Shown piece after piece: positions 52,011-64,000 of a DNA stretch of 64,000 bases. Position numbers and translations under genes: made by a program. This DNA is from Cycas panzhihuaensis (Eukaryota > Plantae > Cycadophyta). Every line of letters begins with the position of its first letter. Positions within the stretch are counted from its first letter, which is position 1. The notes under the pieces were generated by a model that saw only the letters and a list, made by a program, of their open reading frames with translations, was not told where the DNA came from and made no database searches. The stretch is taken from contig CM041465.1 of assembly GCA_023213395.1 (NCBI GenBank), positions 197,043,741 through 197,107,740 of the forward strand, given 5' to 3'.

Positions 52011-52880
52011 CACAAGACCTAAGTTGAATTCTAGTTGATAAATGTAAATGAAAGGGATTTGATAGGGTGTCTATAGACTATTATCCCCAATGTTTTACAA
52101 TAAGGTAATATGATTTTTTTTTTTTTGCTTTTTTACGTTTTTACTTTTTTGGTCTACTGACTTACTTATTGACTATATATGCATGAACTGATAACAAACT
52201 GGCTAGACATATTAGATTTAACAAATTGATGATGAGTGAGTAACTAACTAACTAGGTGCATATAGACCATTAATAAACTAACCATATACACTAGGTTTGG
52301 GATTGTCTAGTTTGTAGGCCCTCTGATATATTAATCCTAGTCGTAAATAGTATCAACTTATAGAGGCTAACACTCTACTTTGTAGTCATACTACTCTATC
52401 TGTAAGGTACGTAGAGAGTAACTTCTTAGGGCTAATCTCTTACCAGTGTACTATAAATTATAAATGGTCAATAGGTTTCTTATGGTTACCTATACTAGGA
52501 AGGCCTATTTAGGGGGTCTACTTATATACTCGTAGGTATGTGGAGGTGCAATTCTATAGCCAAGTTCTATCTAAGGTTTGATTCAAGAGTGTGATCTCCA
52601 GTCCTTCATGTAAGAGATGAAAAAGCCACAATGCACTTTGCTTAAAATAACAAATCCTCATGATACTTATAGAACCCTAATATAGAGTCTCTATCTATAT
52701 ATAAAAGACAACTACTTAGTGGTAATGTTATGATAGTTACCCAATTATAGTATTGTCTACCCCAAAAAAATAAAGTAACTAAGTAGAAATTTAATGAGAA
52801 CAGGTATTGGTAAGAAAAAACTAATAGAAAAAAAAAAATTATTTAATACCTTTGACTCTTCCATAAGGTATAGATCAACT

Positions 52881-52892
52881 GCTCTGATACCA
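52881..52892 (-). other. Primer-binding site (tRNA-iMet) of the chromovirus
   Basis: GCTCTGATACCA is the perfect reverse complement of TGGTATCAGAGC. Confidence 0.92.
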
Positions 52893-52894
52893 CT

Positions 52895-53277
52895 TCGTAG
52901 GATACCACTCCTTAATAATAATTACACACCAATATAATATTAAAATAACTCTAAAAGAGCACTTGTATTGCAATGCCCTTCGAGGGGGCAACCTCCCAAT
53001 TATATGCAATAACAATGATATTTAAGATACCCTACTCTAAAGATTACATAAATATATATAAGGCTTTATGCTTTCTACACAACCTCCTCTTTATGCATGT
53101 GGGATATTACATGAATATATATAGCTCAATGACCACTACACAACTTTCTACTTATGCATGTGGGATATTAAGAAGAGGGAAGAAGTAGAAAAAATAAAAG
53201 ATATAAGAGAAGATAAGAGAGAGAAGAAGCAAAAGATATAAGAGAATATAAGAGAAGGTAAGTTAGGGGTTGGATCC
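52895..53277 (-). repeat. 5' LTR of the chromovirus, interrupted a few bp from its outer end by Tat-2
   Basis: Matches 47060 to about 47484. Homology stops at GGATCC, where the Tat-2 LTR begins. Confidence 0.85.
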
Positions 53278-53364
53278 TATTTCTTGGCTACCAGGAATGG
53301 GTTTTTGGTAAGTTGACATAGGTAAGTGCACGCATGCTTCTATCCTTTGCTTTTGTCACTTCTC
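53278..53364 (+). repeat. 5' LTR remnant of Tat-2 (first 87 bp only)
   Basis: TATTTCTTGGCTACCAGGAATGGG...ACTTCTC matches the start of the 3' LTR at 63169, then jumps into gag. Confidence 0.85.
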
Positions 53365-56300
53365 ATCCTATCGAGAAGATCTTAGATCCTCTCACTTCTG
53401 CCATATGTTCGTTTGAACGTACTATAAAGGAGCTCAAACTCCAAGCTCCTTCATCCCCTACATCACATAAGCAAGTCCAACAAGCTTGCTGAGTTGTTTC
53501 CTCTAAGGGTGGTAACACCCAACCTTCTTAAGCGAGGAAGCTCGATTCTTCCCTTAAAAAGAAATGGTGCTCCATCCATGGAGAATGCTTCCATGAAGAT
53601 TCATAGTGTTAGGATCAACACCCAAGAGCTACCCCACAACATGATTCTTGCCTCAAACGGGCATTTAGGGCTAACCTAGATAAGCCCGTCCATAGAGATC
53701 CCTTCCCTAAACATGGGGAATGTGATCACACTAACCAATAAAAGAACAACTGAAACCGAGGAAGATCCCCAAACCCTTGCCCTTCACAAGCCAAAGGGAA
53801 GGGTGCGAGGAATCCATCCTCTTCCTTGGGTTCCCTTGATCGTCGTACTCCTTCACCTTCATGATCCTGAAACAAGGGAAAGAAGGTCATTCATATGCTT
53901 ATGACTACTTCTTCGTATGCCCTAACCTAGTCTTAAACAGCTAAAGAGGCAAATGGCACCTCTTCATCCATACCTCACTTCGACCCTCTTCTGGAAACCT
54001 CTCTTCCGGAAGTCCCTGCACTCCCTAAGACCATTCATGTATGCCCCGATCATTACAACTTTCGAAGGGCTCTTCTCCAACCTACCACAAAAGGAAAGCC
54101 TTTCTCCATTGTCAACAAGCTTCATACCGTGGCTGTTGGAATGTTCATAATGGACATCTTGAGGAGCTGCCCTAAACAATGTATACTTCTCTTGAAAGCC
54201 TGAAGATTAGGTGATGCATCTATTCATGTTTTGGGTGTTGCCCTAAGTCATGAATCTATCATCTCTTTTGATCTCAAGGACCTTCCCCCTGCTAGTGAAA
54301 GGGAGCGCCAATGGCATTTCCATTTTACCATAACCATTGATGCTCTTGATTATATTATATAGAGAATCATTGTTGACAATGGTTTTTACATTAATGCCAT
54401 GCCTTTGCACATCATACAAGAGCTTGGCATATCATCCTTGGAGTCGGTTCCATGGTAGTGTCAAGGCTATAATGGTAGCAAAAAGACACCCTTGGGATCA
54501 GTGTCCATCTCCCTTACAAGAGCTAAGACTGTCCTCATCGATATTGCAGTTCTTGATATTGATGTCGACTACAATCTTCTCTTGGGATACCCATAGCTTG
54601 ACCAAATAAGAGTTGTGTGCTCATCCCAATGGGGATAGCTTAAGCTCATCCATGAGAGGTGAATGAGGGTTGTCTCCCAAGAGCCTCCTCCCACTAAGCA
54701 ACCTCGCCAATTTTGTCAAGCGATTCATAGCCAAGTAAAGGACGACAAGGACCTTTCTACCCATGCCTCCGCTTGCTCCATTGACATCCCTAATCCATCC
54801 CCTTTGGAAGAAGTCCCTTTATCTTCTTCTTCCAATCTCACATGCTTTACCCCTATTGGTGTCAGAAGCTATGGGTATCTTACCATACTTAACGATGACG
54901 AATTTGATAGTGAGGATGAGGATTTCCCTCACCCCATCTCCCTCCTAGGCATGAGTAGGGGGTATCTCCTTCATTCCAGGTCTCGATCTGGAACTCCCAT
55001 TGTTGAAGAGACTAACTCTTCCCTTGTGTCTCATGTCATCATTCTTGTTGATCAGGCGATCCTTGAGTCTCCCCCTTCGCTGCCCTTCGTAGGCAATGAA
55101 GCTAGGGAGCCTCTTATTGTCCCTCATATGGGACCTCTTTCTGACTCTTTCAGAGAGTCCTTTGGGCATGTTGAGTGATGTGTTAACCACCATGGTCCTA
55201 CTATTTCTACTTCCCCTCTCTCATCATCTTCTCGAGGTGTGGTCATCTATGGGGTAGACTACTTTAAGGATAACGAGGCTCTACTTGAGTATTTAGAGGG
55301 ATCTATGCCCAATCTCCCTTCTTGTCACCATAGGCTTGGCCACCAGAAGGTCCTAGGTATTGGGTCTTCCCTCGCTAACCCAATCCTATCTCCTATTCTG
55401 CCCATTCCTGTTGACTGAGCCCCACTTCACTTCAAGGAGGGGAATGCCATGTGCATGGGAGTAACCCAAGACATAGACCTTACTCCAGGTAAGGTCATTA
55501 AGGTGGGAGCGGAATGCTTTCCTGATGAAATGAAGGAATATACCCTTGTATTCTAAGAGTTTTAAGATGTCTTCGTATGGAACTATTTCGATATGAAGGG
55601 GAATAACCCTTCGATCATTACCTAAAACCTCACCACTATCTTGGGTGCTTGCCCCGTGCGTCAAAAGCAGCGCCCTCTTCACCCCAAGCTTTTAGCTATT
55701 ATCAAGATGAAAGTTAAGAAACTCCTAAACGTGGGGTTAATCACTTCCATCGACTACCCTAAGTGGGTGTCCAATATTGTCTCTGTTGCAAAAAAAATGG
55801 GACAATTTAGATATGTATTGATTTATGAGACATCAACAATGTATGTCCCAAGGACAACTTCCCACTTCCCTTCATTGATCAAATCTTTGATCGAACTACT
55901 AGTTTTGAAGTCATGTCCTTAATGGATGACTTCTCTGGCTACAACCAAATCCAGATTTCTCCTAAAGACCATCATAAGACAACCTTCACTACCTCGTGGG
56001 GTACCTTCGCTTATAAGGCGATGCCCTTTGGGTTAAAGAACATAGGTGCCGCCTATCAAAGGGTGATGCAGTGTATTTTTATGACCTTATTAATAAATCT
56101 TTAGAGGTTTTTATGGATGATATGATGGATCTCTCATGCATTAGAGCCCATCATCCTTCGATTTACAAGCCATCTTCACACGATGTTGTAAATACCATGT
56201 AAGCCTCAATCCTCTTAAATGCGTATTTGCTGTGATAGTTGGCAAACTCCTTGGTTTCCTTGTGTTAAAATAAGGGATCCAAATTAACCCTAATAAAGTC

Positions 56301-58253
56301 AAGGCCATCCTTGACATGCCACCTCCTAAAACCCAATGATAGATCAAGTCGTTCTTAGGTAGGCTTGGATTTCTTAGGCATTTCTTAGTAAATGTCACTA
56401 TAAACACCAAACCTCTTACCAACCTATTAAAGAAGGGAGCCCCGTTCATTTGGTCTTCAAAGGCCTAGAAAGTCTTTGAAGAACTCAAGGAAGCCCTTGC
56501 TTCCACCCTGACGTTGGCATCCCCTCTCTTTTACAAGCCATTCATTCTTTATACTTTAGTTACTGATGAGTCCTTAGGTGCTATGCTAGCCTAGGAAAAT
56601 GATTTAGGAATTGAAAGGGCCATTTACTTCATCAGTCATACTCTCATAGCTGCTGAACTTAACTACTCTCCTACTAAGAAGGAGTGTCTCTCCTTGGTGT
56701 ATGTAACCAAGAAGTTTAGGCATTACTTGCTCGAGAATACTACTCAGGTGATCATCCAATCTGATTCCCTATGATATTTACTCACCTGACTCGACCTGAC
56801 ATGTAGGACTGGTAAATGGGCCATCCTCCTTCATGAATTTGACCTCCAAATCATTAAGAGAAAGTCAAAGAAAGGGATGGTAGTGGCTGAGCAACTCACC
56901 AACACCCCCATCCCAAACCCTTCTGACGTTCCCATTGATGATTCTCTACTTGATGAGCCTATTATGGCCATTTAGGATTCTCCTCCCTATTCGCTTACTG
57001 ACAATGAGTGGTACGAAGATATTGTGTAATATCTCGCCCAGCAGTAGTATCGTCCATAAGCTAGTAGCAAAGTTAGGTCTCGTATTCAGGCTACTACTAA
57101 GTAATACTTCCTTATGGGTGAAGTATTATATAAGAGATCCTTCGATGGGATCCTTCTTCATTGCATCAACCCCGATGAAGCAAACCAAATACTCTGTGAA
57201 TTCCATAATGACGTTTACGAGGGCCACTTTGGGGGTTAATCCATGGCTTAAAGGATCCTTCGTATGGGGTATTACTGGCCATCCCTCTTTAAGGATGCCC
57301 ATGCCTATACCCTGAGATGTTGGCGGTGTCAAGAGCATGCTAACATCACCCACTTACCTTCTAAGGCCCTCCATCCTATCATATCTCCATGGCCCTTCTT
57401 CCAATGGAGGTTGGACCTTATTGGAGCCATATCCACATCCTCTTTGTCATAGCGCAAGTTCATCTTGACTGCTATGAAGTACTTTACTAACTAGGTGGAA
57501 GCAGTTCCTTTGACCACTACTCCTGGTAAGATGATATCCACCTTCATCTACTAGTATATCATTTGTCATTTTGGAGTTCCTGATATCTTGATCATAGACA
57601 ATGGAACTCCTTTCTGTAATAAAGAGATGGATGAACGCTGTGAGAAATTTAAAATTTCTCACAAAAACTCCTCTCCCTATTACCCCCAGGCCAATGGCTA
57701 AGTTGAACTATTCAACAAAACCCTTATAAACATTTTAAAGAAAACTGTAGCCCAATCTCAAAGAGATTAGTATCTTCAGCTCCCTTATGCTCTATGGGCA
57801 TATTGCATCTCTATCCGTACGACCACGGGAATGACCCATTTTTCCTTAATGTATGGAACATATGTAGTTCTCCCATTGGAAGTGGAGATTCCCTCCTTAT
57901 GAGTCTCTCTTCAAGGTCTCGATGATGAGGAGTCTATCCGCTAGGCTCACCTCTTAGATCTTAAGGCCTTAGATGAGAGGTGCTTGACTACCTATCAAGC
58001 GAACCTCGCTTCTAAATCCAGGGCATGAAGAACATATGACAAACACCTTCGTTCATGCCCTTTGCATCCTGAGGACCACGTCCTTAAATTGGAATATTTC
58101 CATGACCGCCTGACCAAGTTCAGACCTAAATGGGTTGGCCCCTTCATCGTTCTAGATAGCCTCAGTAACAATGCTTACAGGATCACCACCTTAGAAGGTC
58201 TTGAGTTTGAGAAGGTTGTTAATGGGAAATTCCTAAAGAAATTTTATGCATGA
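53365..58253 (+). pseudogene. Tat-2 partial gag-pol pseudogene
   Basis: SLMDDFSGYNQIQI..MPFGLKN and EVFMDD (RT), GYYWPSLFKDA..PWPFFQWRLDLIG (INT), NGKFLKKFYA* (end). Confidence 0.92.
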
Positions 58254-59039
58254 CTACTTTTTTTGTAGTCCAAAATGAGCTTAAACTAGCACCTTAGGGG
58301 CATCCCCATTCCTCTTAATCATGGGTGGGATGGCGGTTTATGGTGGTCCTCTCGCTTCTTTTGGGTTCCTCCCCCAGAACTCCTTGTCCTCCTTTTTCTA
58401 GGGGCCTTATCCTCTTGATTGGGTGTGTTGTCCCTCTCACTCCTAAGCTTGAAAACACTCCCCAACTAGGATGGTGTGCTCGAGTATTGTTACTCTCTAT
58501 CTCATTGGTGCTTCCTTTGCATATTCTTCTATGCTCCTACGTGGATATGTATGGTTCCCTAACCTCTAGCCTCACATACGTGCGTTGCTGATAGTCATGG
58601 TGATCATGTGTGCGTCCATTAGGAATGTGGTCCTGCATGAAAGGAAGTGTGTGCAACTCAAACAAACCTCTAACATAAACCATATGATAATCAACTCAAA
58701 ACATCATGATCTATAGCTCCTCATACATATGTGCATCTTCATACATATATACACAAACATACACATAAAAGTAAATGTAACATAATACATCATCACACAC
58801 ATCATCATATATCAAATGGGGTACCAGTGGTCCCATGTATATATATAAAATCATAATGTATCATATCATCTAAATGGTATGGTACATCATCTATAGGAAG
58901 CCAGAATCCTTGCAGGGAGGAGCGTAATCATGCGATAACATATGGTAACTCCCTAGAGTTTTGGTGATTTCCCGAATCAAAACTAGTACCTCCTACTCTC
59001 TAGTGTTTCCCTACTCTTAGTGCATCATTTCTTGGTCTA

Positions 59040-61088
59040 TGTGATCCCTCTCCTAGGGACTACATACCTTTTAGGCTCCTCCTGCTCCTCTGGGAGATCC
59101 TTGCCTTACTCCCCTCATCCTAAGGCCTCCTTAGGGTCGTCACCACCGTATGGGTATATATCCTACTCTGTGACAACCTCAACGTCATCTGGTCCACTAG
59201 CTAATCATATCATGCCTAGATATAATCTCTTTCACTCTCTGCTCTCTAGAGAATCTCCTCCATCCCTTAGAGCCGCTCCTCTAGTACTGCCACCTTGAAG
59301 TAAGTCTTTGCATTGTCACCTACTCCTCCTTGAGCCTCGAGTACCTAGACTAAGCATCGTAGAGCATCCCTCTCTACTCTGGTCCTGTCCAACTTGTCCT
59401 GTAACTTTCCTACTCATACCTCGTCCTCCTGGGACTTCGCTACTTATATATCTCTAGCCCTGACCAATGGGGCAAATACTACTGTGTAGGCCCCTATTGA
59501 TCATGGCTCCTCTCATGTCTAGATGAGAGGTTGCCCCTCCACGTAGGCTTAAGGAAATATCTCCTAGACTACCACCCCGACCAATCTCCCTATATCCACT
59601 GCTCCTGCAAAATCCAACACACCATACATCAGTATATATATCCATATATGTATACCAAACAAACCAAATGAAATAGAATATCTAGATGTCTAGTGATCGA
59701 AAGACGATAGGAAAAGGTAGCATCTCACCTCCTTGGACTGCTGGCTCCCTAGCTCAGATGATCACCTCCTCCTCGGGTCTTCCCTTAGCCACTGGTACCT
59801 CCTCCTCCTCAGGTACTACCTTGCCTATGGACTGACCTATTGGAGCATTGCCTCCACCCTCCTTAGCTATGGTTGCCACCACTGCTTGGGCTCTCCCAAC
59901 TATCCTCAATCTCTAGACTGGCACCCGTGGTGCCCTAACGCTCTCTGTAGCTCTTGAAGGACCCGCCTCTCCTCCTATGACTCCTGAAGGTCCTGCCTCT
60001 CCTCTTGTGGTCCCTGATGGACCTACCTCTCCATCTGCCACTCCTGATGGGCTTGCCCCATCACCCCTATCACCACCCCCATCCCCCGGCTCCTTTGACT
60101 CTACCTGCCTCATCGTCACTATTCTATCTCACCCCTCTATATGGGTCTACCGTGTAGTTTGCCATGGTGAGAAGGTCCAATGATGTAGCCTCCACTGAGC
60201 ACCAGATGTGTACCTGATCCTTGGTCCCCCTGAACTGAGTTTGTACCTATGGACCATGGGAGCCTACTTTGAAATAGAGTGCAGTCCTCCTGCCAGTGCC
60301 GCTGCTCCAAAATGATAAAAAAACTAGCACTATAACAACATGTTATGTGACAAACTTCCTCACCCAGTCACCCTGATAGAAGCCAGCTGGGTGATCAGGT
60401 TCATCGCTATCAATGTGGCCTAATCCAGCCTCTCCCCAGCCTCACATCTCCTTATGATCTCTATCCATCTGCTGAGTATGTCCCTATAGTTCTGTTTCTA
60501 AGATATCTAGAACATAATGCATAGTGTAATCAACATCCTCACTTGAGGAATCCATGACATGATCATGCTCTATACAGGTATGCCTCTCCTCTCCCACCTG
60601 TCTTGACCTATGAAATATGTGACTTCCTCCATGTGTGCTGCGTTGTTACTAGACAATGCCCCTAGTGATGCAGGTGCTCCTACTGTCGGTACCCCTAGGA
60701 TCCTCTAGATGTCTCTGGGTATGATAATGACATCCCCCACTTAGGGAAGGTGGAACACATGCTGCCTGCGATCCTAGTGTGAGACTATGTCCACTAGGAG
60801 ATGCTGGTCTGATACATACTCTAGTGTCTAGATGGCCTTCAGTATGCCACATCTCCCAAATACTCGCCTGTCCCTATGGGACATCATCTCTATGAAGCTG
60901 AGCATCACCACCTCGATGTTCTCATGGTTGTCTACTGTGATAACTGCTTGTAGAACACCTAAAAATCGGTTAGAACTCCTCAATACCTACGTACTAAAAC
61001 TGGTTAGAACTCCTCTATACCTACCTACTTGCCTTTAGGATTGCTCCTCATTCCTTCCTAGTTGAGTTTTGGCACTCCTTTGGGCCAT
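59040..61088 (-). pseudogene. Antisense PMD gene of Tat-2, two exons (intron 59605-59728)
   Basis: DQHLLVDIVSH*DRRQHVFHLP...IIPRDI*RILGVP. Collinear with the Tat-1 PMD gene. Confidence 0.8.
59605..59728 (-). other. GT-AG intron (124 bp) in the Tat-2 PMD gene
   Basis: AG|GTGAGA...CTGAT...TTTTGCAG|G. The length is not a multiple of 3, yet splicing restores the frame homologous to Tat-1. Confidence 0.78.
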
Positions 61089-62242
61089 TCTTTATTTTTT
61101 AGTTGGTTTGTCTCCATACTATGCTAAATTCTATAGTACCACAAAGTTTAGCATGGGGCCCTACTGAGTTTCTAGCGTAAATCAGTGGCCCTATGACAAA
61201 GTTCACGGCACCATGATCTTTACCGTGGGGTCAGTCACACCTCCATCTTTAGAGGGGTTTTCCACCCAAAAAACCCAAAATTTTATCCTAGGTGGGCTAT
61301 ACTCAAACTCACTGGGACTAGGGATACCTAATGCCCCAGTCCCTCCTCTCGCTTAGCCTAATTCAGGCTTCAGGAGATCTCAATTTGCCCATAAGGGGAT
61401 AAAAACTACTCTAAAAAGTATTAAAAATTTATTAAATTTAAATGACGAGATGGGTGGGAAAAAGGATGATCCACTCACTGGATCCAACCTTGCTACCACC
61501 ATCTCGCCTCCCCAATCCTATTGGCTATCTCTATATCCTGATCCAATGGTCTAATCTCTCTTAGTGTGCCTCCAAAGTCAGGCAATGCTCTGTTGTGTAA
61601 GGAGAAGGGCTATAAATTGATCATGATTCCATGAAAATGAATCCCATTTTTGTCAAGTTTTCCTTATATAGGCGGGGGCCCCGACGAGCACTTCTTCTAT
61701 TTCTCTCACTGCGATAGCCCTTGGGACCATCTCTCTCCCTTGATCACCTTTGCCTTCTGGGCCTATCTCCCATTTCTCCTCTGTGGCCCTCTTTTCTCCT
61801 TACTATTTGGGTGCATTTATGGCACCCCCCTTTTGGCCTTATGAGGCTCCTTTTATCTCATTTTATGTGCCACCTTCATATATACTAGAGTTTATACTTA
61901 TTTGGCTTGTTTCACTACCCAGATCCCATTTTTACTGCCTGTTCGCACCTCTGGGGCTCCCAAAGGGAGTGTCCTCTCCACCTAGGACTCTGCTTCACTT
62001 CCTTAAGTGACCTTTGGCGCCCCTAGAGGGGCCTTTTCACTATCATTTCTTTCCCGTCTGTCGGGTCATTTTCCTCGCCCTTAGGTAGCCTCATTTCTGG
62101 ATCTTCTTGCCCTTCACGACCTTTATTGATAACCACTCGAGCCTCCCCACGACTACTTCTCTGCATGGAGTCCACTTCACCCATCGACCCTATCAACACT
62201 TTCTCCTCGATTCCCCCTATTGAGACCTCTATTCCTTTTATC

Positions 62243-62630
62243 ATGATGTTATTCATCTTCACTGATGATGGAAGCCATGGTAACCCTAGCCCTTTTGCTG
62301 TTGTATGGATTCTCCATGACCCTTCTGGACATAACTTCATGCATTCTAGGATCTTCCTTCCTCAGGCTACTAATAATAAAGCTGAGTACATAATTGTTAT
62401 TAAGACCCTTATTGATGCATTCTGCTTCTACCATTGACCCATCATCCTCTTCTGTGACTCTTAGGTTGTGGTGTCCCATCTCACCTAGGTCTACCAAGCG
62501 CGGTGCCCATGCCTGAGAGCCCTCACCTCGACTGCTGGTCCTTATTGGCTTGTTTTCCTTCCTTCGACATATAACACATTCCTCGGGTTCTCAATGGCAA
62601 GGTGGATAGCCTAGTTCATCTTGTCCCTAA
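62243..62630 (+). pseudogene. Free-standing archaeal-type RNase H (aRH) of Tat-2
   Basis: MMLFIFTDDGSHGNPSPFAVVWILHDPSG...ATNNKAEY...ILFCDS*VVVSHLT...HIPRVLNGKVDSL. Confidence 0.87.
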
Positions 62631-63168
62631 GCATCACATCCCCCTTCTTATTAACCCACCTTGAGAGACTTGTTCAGTCACCCAGGCACCCAAGTCTCAG
62701 GTCATCTTGTCCTTCATATCACGATCCATTTGCACCTTTGAAAGGCAGCTGCTAGTGAGGTTAAACTATGGTGACTACCGGGTCTATTTTCTTACTCCAC
62801 TCTTAACATCTCTCTTAGCACATAACTCCCACATGTGTTGACTTATCTTTTATGCATAACACCTTATTCATGACATTTGTCTGATTGTATGCGTGGTCAT
62901 CACCACCCTTGCATTGTACTCTTACGATGGGGGCATCTCCCTCATCTACTATCATTGCCTGTCAACTATACAATGACACATAGGCAACCCCTATATTGTC
63001 TTGCCCTTTCCTCTACGCCCATGCATTCTGCAAAGACACTCACCATCATCCTTGGCTTACACCATTGTTATGTTTGTTTGTATGTATATATGTCACTAAC
63101 ATTATGTTTCTAGCATTCACCGTCGCATTGCGCTTCTACGCCGTGAGGCTCTGCTACTAAGGGGACAG

Positions 63169-64000
63169 TGTTTCCTGGCTACTAGGAATGGGTTTTTGGC
63201 AAGTTAACTTAGGTAAGTATAGGTATGCTTCTATCCTTTGCCTTTGTTACTTCTCCAGAAAGGTAAATTGAAGCATCTATTTTTTACTACATGATTGATT
63301 GATATATTTGAGTCATCATCTTGCATCCATTGCTTGATTATATTGCCTGACACCACTCTAGCCTATGATGACCATGGGACATGGATCCCAATGGCACTCC
63401 ACAGCCCTCCTATGCACCTCCATGTTGTCCCAAGTACCAACTAGCCTATATGATCTGTTCATATTCCCATTGCCATATCACGGCTCTTAGTGCCTCACTA
63501 GGTGTGATTGGCATATTCCTATCCATTTGCCAACCTCTTGGGAGCTTTATCCCTCTGGTGCCCCATCTGGTATAGGTCATCTCTTCTTTATGACTATCCC
63601 CAGCTACCAGGATAGAGGGCTAGGCACTTCTAGGCCTAGGGTACCCTCCTTTGGGGCTCCTAGATCCCTTTTTCTTCTTTTGTTTTGGCTTCTATCACCA
63701 CACCATGGTAAATGTCATGGTACCACGATAAACTTTACAATACTGTAAATTTTACCATAGGGTAATTGTCATAAAATATTTTTTAAAATCTACTGTGCTA
63801 AATTTCACATTTTTCATGAAATTGCCATGTGGCTAAGTCATACCCTGAGTCCTAGTATAAGCCTAATCATCTAATTAAGCTAGGGTTAGGTATAAAACCT
63901 AAAAAGACTTCATTTCCCTCTCTTCCTCCATCTTTTCTCCTCTCTTCTTCTACTTTCACAGGTGATTTTCTATAGGAGTGCTTTGTAATATTTAGATACC
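63169..64000 (+). repeat. 3' LTR of Tat-2 (truncated by the window edge)
   Basis: Starts TGTTTCCTGGCTAC after the PPT AAGGGGACAG. Related to the Tat-1 LTR 5' end (TGTTTCCTAGCTAC). TATA-like TATAAAA at 63891-63897. Confidence 0.88.

Larger units (their letters stand above)
47060..53277 (-). mobile_element. Chromovirus (Reina-like) Ty3/gypsy element, about 6.2 kb
   Basis: Short LTRs, Met PBS and PPT. Motifs: Gag [63 protein letters not shown], and a C-terminal chromodomain. Confidence 0.92.
53278..64000 (+). mobile_element. Tat-2: Tat-lineage gypsy element related to Tat-1, with a 5' deletion; extends past the window
   Basis: 87-bp 5' LTR remnant; pol collinear with Tat-1; antisense PMD gene; aRH; PPT at 63159-63168; 3' LTR from 63169. 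Confidence 0.92.

Overview
Plant, probably gymnosperm-type, heterochromatic or intergenic DNA made almost entirely of decayed, nested retrotransposons. I found no intact host gene, RNA gene or CRISPR array. From left to right: a Ty3/gypsy gag/protease fragment (1-481, -) joined to the 3' part of a Ty1/copia element (Copia-A1, 482-3645, +); poorly resolved decayed DNA (3646-9750); and a degenerate LINE (about 9750-11446, -). A second copy of the same copia family (Copia-A2, from 11447, +) is inserted in that LINE and is interrupted three times. The first insert is a full-length Tat-type gypsy element (Tat-1, 13527-31615, -, 3.16-kb LTRs). The second is a full-length Athila-like gypsy element (32441-42529, -). 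The third is a different copia (Copia-B, from 44362, -), which holds a Reina-like chromovirus (47060-53277, -), which in turn holds a second, diverged Tat element (Tat-2, 53278 to beyond 64000, +). The most interesting feature is a 3' accessory module conserved in both Tat copies. It consists of an antisense, intron-containing Plant Mobile Domain (PMD) gene with its own TATA box and, head-to-head with it, a free-standing archaeal-type RNase H about 4 kb past the pol stop codon, while the RNase H inside pol lacks its first catalytic Asp. A 38-bp palindrome is shared between the LTR U3 and the PMD gene leader. The Athila-like element is also unusual: it has a second Gag-like domain between PR and RT, an extra 3' ORF, a tRNA-Glu-like PBS, an apparent 4-bp TSD and a 21-bp tandem array in its LTRs. 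All ORFs are disrupted, mostly by C-to-T or G-to-A changes. Family assignments come from motif recognition by eye, not from database searches.
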